64,000 nucleotides of DNA from a virus. The stretch lies in the IMG/VR virus record IMGVR_UViG_3300029989_000006; one strand, written 5' to 3'. Below, in pieces: positions 16,528-27,179 of this stretch. The position numbers were made by a program, and so were the translations under genes. Numbering within the stretch: the stretch's first letter is position 1; each line of letters begins with the position of its first letter. The notes beneath the pieces are model-generated. The model did not search any database. It worked only from the letters and a program-made list of their open reading frames with translations, and was not told the DNA's origin.

Positions 16528-16796
16528 CGGGAATAGAATTAATTGCACAAGAAAGGCATGAACAAATCTATAAACATGGATGGCCATTAGAAAAATATTT
16601 GGAAGGTGAATTGATTAAAGGTGCATTATTTGCCATTAATCCAGATGTATTTGAATGGCCTTATTATTGGTTAGAACATTATAGAGATAAGATTATCAAT
16701 AAACCAAACCGAATTGAAAGATTGAAAATAGCTGGAGCATTTATTGCTGCAGAAATTGATAGGATTCAATACGAAGAATCAAATAATGAAATATGA
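16524..16796 (+). CDS. phage hypothetical protein
   Basis: IAQER..Q..KHGW...L.IAGAFIAAEIDR motif. Confidence 0.7.
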   Translation: MTGIELIAQERHEQIYKHGWPLEKYLEGELIKGALFAINPDVFEWPYYWLEHYRDKIINKPNRIERLKIAGAFIAAEIDRIQYEESNNEI

Positions 16797-17374
16797 TACA
16801 AAGAACAGTAGTAGAGAATAGTTCCAAGAATATGGTCATTATGGATGTATTTTCCAAATTGGCACAAGAGAGAATCATCTTTATTGATGATGTAATTACT
16901 GAAGAATTAGCTAATGGAGTAATTGCTCAGATGTTATATCTAGATTCAGTTGATTCTAAAAAATTTATTAATATTTATATTAATAGTCCAGGTGGAACAA
17001 TATTAGATGGATTAGCAATTTATGATGTTTCAAAGATTATTAAATCTCCTATAAGAACTACCTGTATAGGTGGTGCAGAAAGTATGGGAGCTATTTTAAT
17101 GTTGATGGGACAGGAGAGGATTGGATTACCTCATTGTAGATTAATGTTACATGAAGCTTCTGGATATATTATAGGTAAAACTGCTTCAGTTAAAATTGAT
17201 TTTGAATTACAATTATCTCTTCAGAAGGATATTTTTGACATTGTAAAAGAGCATACTACAATAACTAATATTGATGAGGTTTTGAAATTTGATAAATGGT
17301 TTAATGCAAAGGAAGCTTTGGAATGTGGACTTTTAACAAAGATTGCATCCTATGTCGAAAAAGATAACGGATAA
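16793..17374 (+). CDS. clpP: ClpP-like protease subunit
   Basis: ERIIF, YINSPGG, ESMG (catalytic Ser), MLHE (His), DKWF..KEAL..GL. Confidence 0.92.
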   Translation: MIQRTVVENSSKNMVIMDVFSKLAQERIIFIDDVITEELANGVIAQMLYLDSVDSKKFINIYINSPGGTILDGLAIYDVSKIIKSPIRTTCIGGAESMGAILMLMGQERIGLPHCRLMLHEASGYIIGKTASVKIDFELQLSLQKDIFDIVKEHTTITNIDEVLKFDKWFNAKEALECGLLTKIASYVEKDNG

Positions 17375-17681
17375 TCCTATTGTTTATATTAAAAACAAAA
17401 GGACTGTATTTATTGAAGATACATTTATCTATGAAGTAACCATATGTGCATATTTTCCTAATTATTTTTCAGTAGTTAATACAACATATTTTTCCTGTAA
17501 ACATGAGATCCCATTTATTGTGGAATCATTTTGGAAAAATCCACATACTGAAATTTGTTGTGAATTATATGCAGCACCATTAAATTGGTTATTAGATAAC
17601 GGGTTTACTGTTTATATTAAACCTGAGAAGAAACGAATAACAAAAAAGAATAATGACGAATCGAAAACTATCATTACTTAG
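17352..17681 (+). CDS. hypothetical protein
   Basis: ORF in operon. Confidence 0.55.
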   Translation: MSKKITDNPIVYIKNKRTVFIEDTFIYEVTICAYFPNYFSVVNTTYFSCKHEIPFIVESFWKNPHTEICCELYAAPLNWLLDNGFTVYIKPEKKRITKKNNDESKTIIT

Positions 17682-18162
17682 TACTGAGTTAAAGGATTTG
17701 TTAGTTAAACAAATAGCACATGAATTAAAGAATCATAATCTATATTTAAGTATAGCAAACTTCTTTAGTGTTGAGGCTATTTCAGATCTGCAGACATATT
17801 ATGAGAAAAGAGCGCATGAAGAATGGAATCATCATAAATGGATTATGGACTATCTTTCTGATGCTGATGTAAAATTTGTTTACCCAGCTGTGGAAATAAA
17901 TACTGAGACATTTGATTCAAGTTACACTGCTCCTTTTACTGCGACAGTTGATAGAGAAATTCAAACAACTCAATTGATTTATGCAATTTATGAACAAGCT
18001 GTATCTGAAAAAGATTTTATGACTGCTAGTTGGTTATACGATAAATTAATCAAAGAACAGATTGAGGAAGAAAATGTTTCCCGTATGGCAAGAACTATTA
18101 TGGAGGAGCCAGGAGATATATTTATAAAAGCAGAACAAGTACTTGATTTATTAGAAAACTAA
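17653..18162 (+). CDS. ferritin-like protein
   Basis: QIAHE...Y, EE..H, E, EQIEEE ferroxidase pattern. Confidence 0.88.
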   Translation: MTNRKLSLLSTELKDLLVKQIAHELKNHNLYLSIANFFSVEAISDLQTYYEKRAHEEWNHHKWIMDYLSDADVKFVYPAVEINTETFDSSYTAPFTATVDREIQTTQLIYAIYEQAVSEKDFMTASWLYDKLIKEQIEEENVSRMARTIMEEPGDIFIKAEQVLDLLEN

Positions 18163-18344
18163 TGTATTTAATTAAAACTCCAGAAGGAGAACTTGATGAC
18201 GTTGTTCCTTTTACTTTAGAAGAAGTAACTGCTTTTGAAAAATCCCATCCCGGATGGACAGTTGAGGAATTTGATGAAGAGGATTTTATAGATGAGAATA
18301 TGTTAACAGATGAATATGGAAGTGCTGATGCCCTCCCATGGTAG
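18162..18344 (+). CDS. small acidic protein
   Basis: TAATG-coupled; D/E-rich. Confidence 0.6.
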   Translation: MYLIKTPEGELDDVVPFTLEEVTAFEKSHPGWTVEEFDEEDFIDENMLTDEYGSADALPW

Positions 18345-18640
18345 AACGAATAGAAGAAGTACAATTAGTAGCATGTAGGGAATCTAATTACACAATGTAT
18401 GTTTTTAAAAAAATAAATTCATCAGAATTTATAATGTGTACTAGATTACCTAATTGGCAAGTTCCAGATATAAAAATGCTTGATGTAGGATTTTTACAAT
18501 ATCATATTGTAAAAGCTGGAGATGTATATTTTGATCCGAAACTTGAAACAACTACTAAATATAATTATTCTAATGTTTATTTTATAAATTTTATATTAAA
18601 AACAGAGGTTTTACAAACAAATAACGAAATAATATTATAA
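18338..18640 (+). CDS. hypothetical protein
   Basis: ORF in operon. Confidence 0.65.
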   Translation: MVERIEEVQLVACRESNYTMYVFKKINSSEFIMCTRLPNWQVPDIKMLDVGFLQYHIVKAGDVYFDPKLETTTKYNYSNVYFINFILKTEVLQTNNEIIL

Positions 18641-18643
18641 GAT

Positions 18644-19501
18644 ATGAATACTACATTACTTGAAAATAAATTATCAGAAGCTATTGAGCAGAAGAGAACA
18701 GATATAAACTCTTTCATTTGGAAGGGTAACAAAACATTAGATAGTGCTGGAAAATATAAACAGTCAGAGAAGAAATTAACTGCAATGACTGAATTTGAGA
18801 TTAATGAATGTTATAATCATTGTAAAACAATGTTGTTCAACAAAAGTATTCAAAATCCGGGAAGGTATCTCGTATTAGAATTAATTACTGAACAAAAAGA
18901 TCATTGTGGTGCAGAATTATTTCTTCGTTTTCTTGAAACAAATAACAAACTTAGTAGATTCAATTTAATTGGAGCTATTAATGATTTCCTTGCTGCAAAC
19001 AAAGAAGCGTTAAAAGGAAATAAAGTTAACATGAGTACTATCTTTAATGGGGTCCCCAATGAGTTTGAAAAAATTCCTTTAAGCTTAGTGATGGATGGTT
19101 GTTTAGATCGTTTAGGTGTGTTTAATAAGAAACACATAACAAGAACTTTTATTTTAAAACAGGGTATTTGGTTAACTCCTGCTGAATCTAAGGATTTAGT
19201 GGAGTATGATCAAGAAGGTAATTTAGTAGATCGTATTGAAGTTATTCGTGATAGACTTGGAATAAAAGAAATTGAGAGATTATATATCAATTCTAAAGGA
19301 TTGAATTTCACTCAAATGAGAGCTATGTTGAATATCAAACCTAATAAGAAATATAAAGATTTGACAACATCTCAATTAGAGACTCTTAGAAATAGGATAT
19401 TATTCAGTTTGGAAGAAACAGTTAAAAGCCATATTCAATCTTGGGAACAAAGAATGTTTGAAATTGAATTAGTGGCTGAGTATAAAGGGTTTAAGTTGTA
19501 A
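18644..19501 (+). CDS. conserved phage hypothetical protein
   Basis: 285 aa ORF upstream of polymerase. Confidence 0.75.
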   Translation: MNTTLLENKLSEAIEQKRTDINSFIWKGNKTLDSAGKYKQSEKKLTAMTEFEINECYNHCKTMLFNKSIQNPGRYLVLELITEQKDHCGAELFLRFLETNNKLSRFNLIGAINDFLAANKEALKGNKVNMSTIFNGVPNEFEKIPLSLVMDGCLDRLGVFNKKHITRTFILKQGIWLTPAESKDLVEYDQEGNLVDRIEVIRDRLGIKEIERLYINSKGLNFTQMRAMLNIKPNKKYKDLTTSQLETLRNRILFSLEETVKSHIQSWEQRMFEIELVAEYKGFKL

Positions 19502-19505
19502 ATTA

Positions 19506-19853
19506 ATGAAACGATTTTTAATAAATTTATCTACTAATTGGTGCGGAGAAGATCAAGATTATTCTGCGTGGGCTGAGGATGAATTTGAGCTAGAAGCTCA
19601 TGCTAATCTAGATGTACATTCATATGATAATTTTGATAGCTTTGGTGGTTTTGAAGCAATGTTGGAAGAAATGTATGGAACATCAGATAGAGATGAATTA
19701 ACTGACGAACAAATTACTGAAGCAGAAAATAATGAGGGTAGTTATTACTCTTATACTATTGAGCCTTGGGATGAAGATCGTGATGAAGAAGAATGGAAAT
19801 GGTATGAGTTAATTTACGACGGAAGAGAAAAGAAAGAGGAAAATGCTATATAA
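19506..19853 (+). CDS. highly acidic protein
   Basis: D/E-rich. Confidence 0.7.
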   Translation: MKRFLINLSTNWCGEDQDYSAWAEDEFELEAHANLDVHSYDNFDSFGGFEAMLEEMYGTSDRDELTDEQITEAENNEGSYYSYTIEPWDEDRDEEEWKWYELIYDGREKKEENAI

Positions 19854-20214
19854 TATTTATGCAGGATTAGGTGGTGGTTTTGGTAGCAACTTAGAAGAAG
19901 TTGAAAGTGAAGTAGATTTTGCTTGTGAATCAGATGCATGGGAAGCAGCTTGGGAAGCAGCTTGTGAGATATATGAAGGTTATATTGGAACAGATGATAG
20001 TATAAGATCTGTTGCTCAAATTATTGAGGATGATCTTAAAACTGATCCTGAGTATGCTGAAGCAACTGAAGAAGAACTTGAAAAAGTTGCAATAGAAATC
20101 TTTGAAGAAGAAAGAGAAGGTTGGCTTGAATATAATGTCGAGGAATGCCTTGAAGATGAAGATAATATGTGGGAAGATGATGTAGAAGAAGAGGAAGAAG
20201 AGGAGGATTTATAA
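19843..20214 (+). CDS. highly acidic protein
   Basis: D/E-rich with poly-E tail. Confidence 0.7.
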   Translation: MLYNIYAGLGGGFGSNLEEVESEVDFACESDAWEAAWEAACEIYEGYIGTDDSIRSVAQIIEDDLKTDPEYAEATEEELEKVAIEIFEEEREGWLEYNVEECLEDEDNMWEDDVEEEEEEEDL

Positions 20215-20216
20215 TA

Positions 20217-22199
20217 ATGATTTTTTTAGTAACTAATCAAGTTTCTTTTTTTAATCCAGAATGGTTTAAAATTATAAGCTTAGAAGAAGGAATTAATTTA
20301 CTTCAGGGATATGATGAGTTAGGAATTGACACAGAAACTACCGGGTTAGATTGCTATACTAAACAATTATTATTAGTACAAATCGGAAATGCAAAATTTC
20401 AAGTATTATTTGATATTTCAAGTTATGATGGAGTAATTCCCAAACCTTTGAAAGATTATTTAAATACAACTAATACTCTATTACTTCTACAAAATGCGAA
20501 ATTTGATTTAAAGTTTTTATTTCATCAAGGAGTAATCCTTACAAAAGTATATGACACCTTCTTAGCAGAGGTTATCATTACTAATGGTTTACAGTATGCA
20601 GGGCGAGATTTAGAATCCCTTGCATTAAAATATTGTCAAAAGCAGTTAGATAAATCTGTAAGAGGTGAAATTATTAAAAGAGGATTAAGTGATCGTGTTT
20701 TAGTTTACGCTGCGGAAGATGTTGAATTTCTTCCACAAATAAAAAGAATGCAGCTTGCAATAGCAAAGGATTTAAATCTTCTAAATGCAATAGCTTTAGA
20801 TAATTCTTTTGTTATTGTACTTGCATATGTAGAATATTGTGGTATCAAACTTGATTATGATAAATGGGTAAAAAGAACTGCTAAAAATGTTGAGGAAGCT
20901 TATGAATTAAAACTTAGGTTAGAAGAACAATTATTAAAAGATGACAAATCTCAATGTTTTTCTGGCATGTCTGATCTTTGGTCTGGCAAACAGGATTGTA
21001 TTGTTAATTGGGATTCTCCAAAACAAGTTCTTAAAGTTCTTGAAAGTTATGGAGTAAAAGTAACTGTAAGAGAAAAAGGAATTGAGAAGAAATCTATTGA
21101 TGCTAAGGTGTTAGATCCTCAGCGAGATAAATTCTCAATTCTTCCATTTTATCTTGATTATAAAGCTAAGCAGAAGGATATCTCTACTTATGGAACATCT
21201 TGGAAGAATAAAATTAACCCTATAACTGGAAGAATACATACTACCTTTAAGCAGTTGATGGATACGGGCCGCCTATCTTGTGGAAACAAGGATGATGGTA
21301 CCCCAAATTTGCAGAACCTGCCCTCAGGATATGAAACAAGAAGTTGTTTTATTTCTGAAAAGGGAAATATTATGATAGATGCCGATTATTCAAGTCAAGA
21401 GCAAATTATATTAGCTAACTTTAGTAAAGAGGAGAATTTAATTAACTTCTATGCTAAGGGATTTCATGATATGCATAGCTATATTGCATTTTTAATGTTT
21501 CCTAATATTAGGAAATATTCATTAGAAGAATTGACTCCTGATAAATTAGAATATATTAAGAAAGAGTATGCTGATAAAAGATTTTTAGCTAAGAAGGCAG
21601 GGTTTTCGATAAATTATGGGGGAAATGGATCTACAATTGCTCAAAATTGTAATATATCTAAGAAAGAAGGAGAATTTGTATACAAATCATACTTTGATTC
21701 TTTTCCAAAGCTACGCGAATATTTTGATTTGGTGTTAAGAAAAGCATGTCATTTTGGATATATTCAGTTTAATAATATAACTGGTAGAAAATATTTCTTT
21801 AATATTGCAGAAAATCATTATTTTCAATTAAGAGATCAAGTTGAAGATCCTTATTTTTGGCAACATGAACCAAATGCTCGAGAGATTTTTAGAAAATATA
21901 GCTCTGCTCAAAATGAGATGAGTCGTATTGCTCAGAACTTTCCAATTCAGGGTTCAGCTTCTGATATAACAAAATATGCATGTATTCTATTCTTTAAAGT
22001 CATTTTAGCAAACAAATGGTGGATGAAGGTTAAAATTGTTAATCTCATTCATGATGAAATTTTAGTAGAATGTCCTGAGGAAATGTTAGAGGAAGTAAAG
22101 CCTATATTATTAAAATGTATGGAAGATGCAGGTAAGCCATTTTGTGAGATTGTATCATTGAAAGCTTCTGCAGAATCAGGATTATATTGGGTTCATTAA
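20217..22199 (+). CDS. polA: DNA polymerase family A with 3'-5' exonuclease
   Basis: DTETTG, NAKFD, YAAED; TGRLS, NLQN, DADYSSQE (motif A), K...FSINYG (B), IHDE (C). Confidence 0.95.
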   Translation: MIFLVTNQVSFFNPEWFKIISLEEGINLLQGYDELGIDTETTGLDCYTKQLLLVQIGNAKFQVLFDISSYDGVIPKPLKDYLNTTNTLLLLQNAKFDLKFLFHQGVILTKVYDTFLAEVIITNGLQYAGRDLESLALKYCQKQLDKSVRGEIIKRGLSDRVLVYAAEDVEFLPQIKRMQLAIAKDLNLLNAIALDNSFVIVLAYVEYCGIKLDYDKWVKRTAKNVEEAYELKLRLEEQLLKDDKSQCFSGMSDLWSGKQDCIVNWDSPKQVLKVLESYGVKVTVREKGIEKKSIDAKVLDPQRDKFSILPFYLDYKAKQKDISTYGTSWKNKINPITGRIHTTFKQLMDTGRLSCGNKDDGTPNLQNLPSGYETRSCFISEKGNIMIDADYSSQEQIILANFSKEENLINFYAKGFHDMHSYIAFLMFPNIRKYSLEELTPDKLEYIKKEYADKRFLAKKAGFSINYGGNGSTIAQNCNISKKEGEFVYKSYFDSFPKLREYFDLVLRKACHFGYIQFNNITGRKYFFNIAENHYFQLRDQVEDPYFWQHEPNAREIFRKYSSAQNEMSRIAQNFPIQGSASDITKYACILFFKVILANKWWMKVKIVNLIHDEILVECPEEMLEEVKPILLKCMEDAGKPFCEIVSLKASAESGLYWVH

Positions 22200-22214
22200 T
22201 AATAAAATAAAATT

Positions 22215-22496
22215 ATGAAAAAAGGTGATTTAATAAAACTTACCAAAGTAAGTGATGATTTTTTCAACGGAAATCATCCAAATGGTATTTATGAAGGTTA
22301 TACAAGAATTGGAGAACTTCAGGATGATATTACAGTTGGAAAACGTTGTCATATTGTTCACCCACTTACTGGCGAATATTTATCAACCAGTGATGTTGTT
22401 AGTTTTGATGGAGAATTTATGATAACAACATATTCTACTTATAAAGCTGAATTGTTAAAAGATTCTGAGGAAGATAAAAATTCTGCAATTTTATAA
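22215..22496 (+). CDS. hypothetical protein
   Basis: ORF. Confidence 0.65.
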   Translation: MKKGDLIKLTKVSDDFFNGNHPNGIYEGYTRIGELQDDITVGKRCHIVHPLTGEYLSTSDVVSFDGEFMITTYSTYKAELLKDSEEDKNSAIL

Positions 22497-22564
22497 AAAT
22501 TTTTTTAGTACTTTTATACTCTTATACCGTTTAGAAAATGTATGTAAAAATGAAATTATAAAGA

Positions 22565-25153
22565 ATGGGTTTAAGTAGGACTGGGCGTCAAAAACTTGGA
22601 GTAAAGAAATGGATGGAATTTGGTGGAAGAGGCACGTTTGTATGGGCTACTGGAGTTGGAAAAACTCGTGGAGCTATAATGGCAATTAAATCTTTTCTTA
22701 CAAAAAATAAAGGAAAGACTATAGTAGTTATAGTTCCAACTGAAGTTTTAAAACTTCAATGGATTAAAGAACTTGTTAAGTTTGAGTTATTCTTTGATGT
22801 ATCTATAGAGATTATTAATTCTGCTGTTAAAAAAACAGATAAGATTGATTTTATAATACTCGATGAGTGTCACAAATATGCCGGAAACCATTTTTATTCA
22901 ATCTTTACTCAAAGAACTCCGAAATTAATTCTGGGATTATCTGCTACTTTTGAAAGATTAGATGGTGCACAAATTTTATTGGAACAATATTGTCCAGTTT
23001 GCGATGTAATTACTTTACCTGAAGCAATTGCAAATAAATGGGTATCTCCATATAAGGAGTATAAAGTTTTAATAGAAGCACCAGATATTGAATTGTATAG
23101 AGAATATAATCAAAAATTTATCAATTCTTTCAGCTTCTTCAATTTTGATTTTGATACTGCAATGAAATGCTTGACTGATATTGTTTATAGAAGAACTTTT
23201 GCCAAAACAATGGGACTTCCACCAGGAGAGATTGACGCAGTTACTTTCACTTGGGGAAGAATGTTAAAAGCAAGAAAATATTTTGTTATGGATCATCCGA
23301 AAAAGGTGGAGATAACAAGAAAAATTCTTGATTATAGACCTAATAGTAAAGCAATTACATTTTCTCCAACAAAGAAACAGGCAGATGAAATCAAAAGAGG
23401 ATATGTAGTTCATTCTGGTAAAACAAAGAAAAAGAATGCAATAACAATTGAAGAATTTTCTAAGTTAAAAACTGGTGTATTACATGGAGTTAAAGGATTG
23501 AATGAAGGTACTGATATTGATGGTATAAATCTTGCAATTATCTTATGTAATAACTCATCTACTCAGGAAAAAACTCAAAGGGTAAAATTTTAAATTTATC
23601 CCATTATAATTTTTATATTTTTATAAAAACATATAATATACAAAGTCTTTGAATTATTTTGTGTAAATTTATAGTTATTAATTTAACTAATATTTATTAT
23701 GAATACATCAAAACTTTATGTATTAAAAGACCCGGAAACATTAGAAATTCGTTATGTCGGGATAACAATCAGAACTTTACAAAAAAGATTATCAGGACAT
23801 ATTTGCGATGCAAAATGCAGACCTGAACTTAATTACCATAAAATAAATTGGATAAAATCTATTTTAAAAAAGGGATTAAAACCTATTATTGAATTAGTTT
23901 TAGAATATGATTCTTTAGATTTAGCAAAACAAGCAGAAATGGATTATATTGCTAAATATAAACAAGAATATAAATTAACAAATTGTACTATTGGGGGAGA
24001 CCATTTAGGAGAAAGATCTCATTCTCGAGAATCTATACTTAAAAAATCTACAACAAGAGCTATTTGTCAATATAATATTTTTGGAGAATTACTTAGGGAA
24101 TTTGAAATTACTGAAGATGCTGCTAGATTTTTAAATTTATCATCTGCTTCTAAAATAACAATGTGCTGTAAGAAATTAAGACCTCATAGTCATGGTTATA
24201 TATGAAGATATAAAGGAGATGAATTAGGTGATATATCTAATATTGATGTCTTTTCTTTATCGTTTAATAGATTGGTTCAATTTGATTTAGAAGGTAATTA
24301 TATTGCAGATTATGATTCTTATTTAGCTGCATCTCTTATTGTTGGAGATCATTCTAAAGGAGGGAATATTGTTTCTGCATGTAAAGGAATACAAAAACAT
24401 TGTAAAGGATTTCAATGGAAACTAGAACCTAATTTTGAATATTTAGATGAATCATTTCTTTTAATAAATAATGATCCATCAATTAAAAAAAGTCTTATAG
24501 GTAAGTCTGGTAAAAAAGTAAATCAATATGATATAAACAATAATTTTTTAAAAACTTTTAATTCTATTTCAGATGCTTCAATAGAAGTATTAGGTACAAT
24601 TAATGGCAGAAAAAAAATAGTTGAATGTTGTGAAGATTTTGATTTAAAATATAAAAATTATAAATGGCAATACTGCCCACTAGAAGAGTAATTTTCTAGA
24701 AAAAATATTCCTGAATATCGGTGAATCCTTAACGTGTAATGACGATGGTAATACCGAGGCATAGGCTACACTAAAGTGTAGATTCAGCCGTAGAGACTTA
24801 AATGCAGGAACTCCTAGAAATAGGATGAAGATATAGTCCAGACCACAAACAATAAATCAGTAAGAATTCCATGGGAGGTGAGATATGCATGTCAAGTCCT
24901 ACAAGTCTGATGATTGGTGATGAAAATTATAGTGGTACGAGGTCGAGTGATTAGATTTGAAGAAAATAAAGAAGCTGAAATATTTACCTTAGTAATAAAA
25001 GGTACAGTAGAAGAAGCATGGTATAATACTTCCACAAATGGAAAGAATTATATAGAGATTACTGAAGAAGAATTAGATATAATTCTAGCAGGAGGTGAGT
25101 TGGAAAACTTGGAAAGAACTGCAGAAAAAAGTGATGTATTATTTAGGTTATAA
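22565..25153 (+). CDS. SF2 (DExH) helicase, spliced: join(22565..23583,24940..25153)
   Basis: ATGVGKT, DECH, SAT, EGTD; splicing restores motif VI QRVGRVIR. Confidence 0.88.
23584..24939 (+). mobile_element. group I intron in SF2 helicase, endonuclease ORF in P1 loop
   Basis: 5' exon ends in U (agggt) pairing with gccc at 24675-24678; core elements aatatcggtgaa, aataccgag, gtagagact, aagatatagtcc; terminal G. Confidence 0.88.
23699..24691 (+). CDS. intron-encoded GIY-YIG-like homing endonuclease with NUMOD1 repeats (TGA=Trp at 24203)
   Basis: LYVL...RYVG; GYI[TGA]RY aligns with repeats GFQWKL and NYKWQY; 330 aa if TGA read through. Confidence 0.88.
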
Positions 25154-25419
25154 TTATGACAGTACAAGAATTAATTGATGAATTGCAATTAGTAGATGAT
25201 AAAACTATGGAAGTTTTAGTATATAATTGTTCAGATGGTGAGAATATGGTTATTGAAAATATTGATGTTTTAGATGGCCATGTTGATTTAAATATGGAAT
25301 ATTAGATCAAGTTTACTTATAGATAATTTTTATTAACAATATGAATTACCCAATTTAGTTAAATATCCCATAACGGATTAATTACCCAAAGTAAGTAAGT
25401 GGTTCAAAATACAGCATAA

Positions 25420-26034
25420 ATGCAACATTTTGAACTATCTCTAAATGAAGAGATTAATGTTTACATTAACAGTGGTATGACTCCTACTGAACTTTTTATT
25501 CTAAGGTTGCTATTTTTGGCGGCTGATGGAGATCAACGATATTTAATTAATTATATATCAAATATCTCTGATGGTAAGAAAATCTTAAGACAAGTTTTAG
25601 AATCATTAAAAGTAAAAAAAGTCATAAACTCCACCTTTAACATTCCTAAAGAAGGTGAAGCTTTAAATTTTAAGAATATTCCTTTTAATAAGGTAACTCT
25701 TAAAACATACATTAGGGAATCCAATGAATTAGGTAAAGAATTTTTCGATAATTATCCCATGTTTGTATCAATTAATGGGAAAATGTGTAGTTTAAGAAAT
25801 TTTACAAAAGGAAATTTTCAATCATTAGAACAGTTTTGTATTCATTATTCTGCACAAATTAAAAATTGTGGCGTAACTCATGAACGTATAATGGCTGCAG
25901 TTACCTTTGGAAGGGAAAATAATTTAATCCATTATACTATTTTAGAATTTATTGCCTCTCAGAAATGGATAGAATTAGAACACATAAAAAATTCTGACAA
26001 TATTAATGGCTATAACAACATGGAGTTATTATAA
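25420..26034 (+). CDS. hypothetical protein of replication module (possible initiator/loader)
   Basis: 204 aa ORF upstream of DnaB; EFFDNYP motif. Confidence 0.6.
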   Translation: MQHFELSLNEEINVYINSGMTPTELFILRLLFLAADGDQRYLINYISNISDGKKILRQVLESLKVKKVINSTFNIPKEGEALNFKNIPFNKVTLKTYIRESNELGKEFFDNYPMFVSINGKMCSLRNFTKGNFQSLEQFCIHYSAQIKNCGVTHERIMAAVTFGRENNLIHYTILEFIASQKWIELEHIKNSDNINGYNNMELL

Positions 26035-26036
26035 AT

Positions 26037-27179
26037 ATGAAAAAATTAACAACAGAAGAATTTATAGATAAAGCAATTAAAATACATAGTAGTACTTATG
26101 ATTATTCAAAAGTTGTATATCAAAATACTAAAACTGCAGTTAATATAATTTGTCAGAAACATGGAGAATTTTTACAAAATCCTGTAATACATTTAGGAGG
26201 TTCAGGATGTCCTAAATGTTGAGGAAATCGATGCACATCAAAAGAATCTTTCATAGAAAAAAGTAACATTATACATAAAAACAAATATGACTACTCAAAA
26301 GTGATTTATTTAGGAAGTAAGGAAAAAGTATGTATAATTTGTTTAGAACATGGAGATTTCTGACAAACTACTAATAATCATTTAAAGGGAAAAGGTTGTC
26401 CTGTATGTGGTAGATTAAAATGTGATCTAGCAAGAATTAAATCAAAAGATTCTTTTATTGATGATTGCCACATAATTCATAATTATAAGTATGATTACAC
26501 TTTAGTAAACTATAAGACTAGAAAAGATAAAATTAAAATTGTCTGCCCTATTCATGGAGAGTTTATACAAGAAGCCAGTAGTCATTTAGCAGGACATGGT
26601 TGTCCTTTATGTAGCTGAGAAATTTTATCTGAAGATAGGGCTTTCTCTTGGGAGTTTGTTAAAGAACAGTGTAAGGAAATTCATAAAGGTTTATATAGTT
26701 ATCCTAATCAAGAATATAAAAATAGTAGATCTAAGATTGAAATTATCTGTAAAAATCATGGTGTATTTTTACAATCAATCACGAATCACCTACAGGGACA
26801 AGGTTGCCCTATTTGTAGATCTTCTAAAGGAGAACTATTGATTCACAACTGATTGAAAGAAAATAATATTCCTTTTAGAACTCAATTTGAATTAATTACA
26901 ACTGAAATTGCTAGAAATACTAATTTGATGAAGATTGATTTCTTTGTTAAATTTAATAATAAACAGTATTTTATAGAGTTTGATGGGATTCAGCATTTTC
27001 AATATGTCCCTATTTTTCATAAAGGAGGAATTATTGATTTTGAAAAAGAACAGAGAAGGGATAAAATTTTAAATGAATTTTGTGAATTGCATAAAGATAA
27101 AATAACTTTAGTTAGATTCAATTATAAACAAAATAATGAAGAAATAATTAAAGAATTAAATAAAATATTTATAAATTAA
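26037..27179 (+). CDS. putative free-standing endonuclease: four zinc-finger-like repeats plus C-terminal Vsr/PD-(D/E)xK-like domain (TGA=Trp x4)
   Basis: Repeats YDYS..IIC..HG.F.Q...HL.G.GCP.C; SKGE..I, IDF, IEFDG.QHF; one frame with TGA at 26220, 26361, 26616, 26850; 380 aa. Confidence 0.88.

Noticed and set aside
25344-25389. Direct repeat aattacccaa x2 as iterons
   Set aside because: Only two copies in AT-rich DNA; insufficient support.
26596-26841. 81-aa ORF
   Set aside because: Out-of-frame overlap within the recoded 26037-27179 gene.
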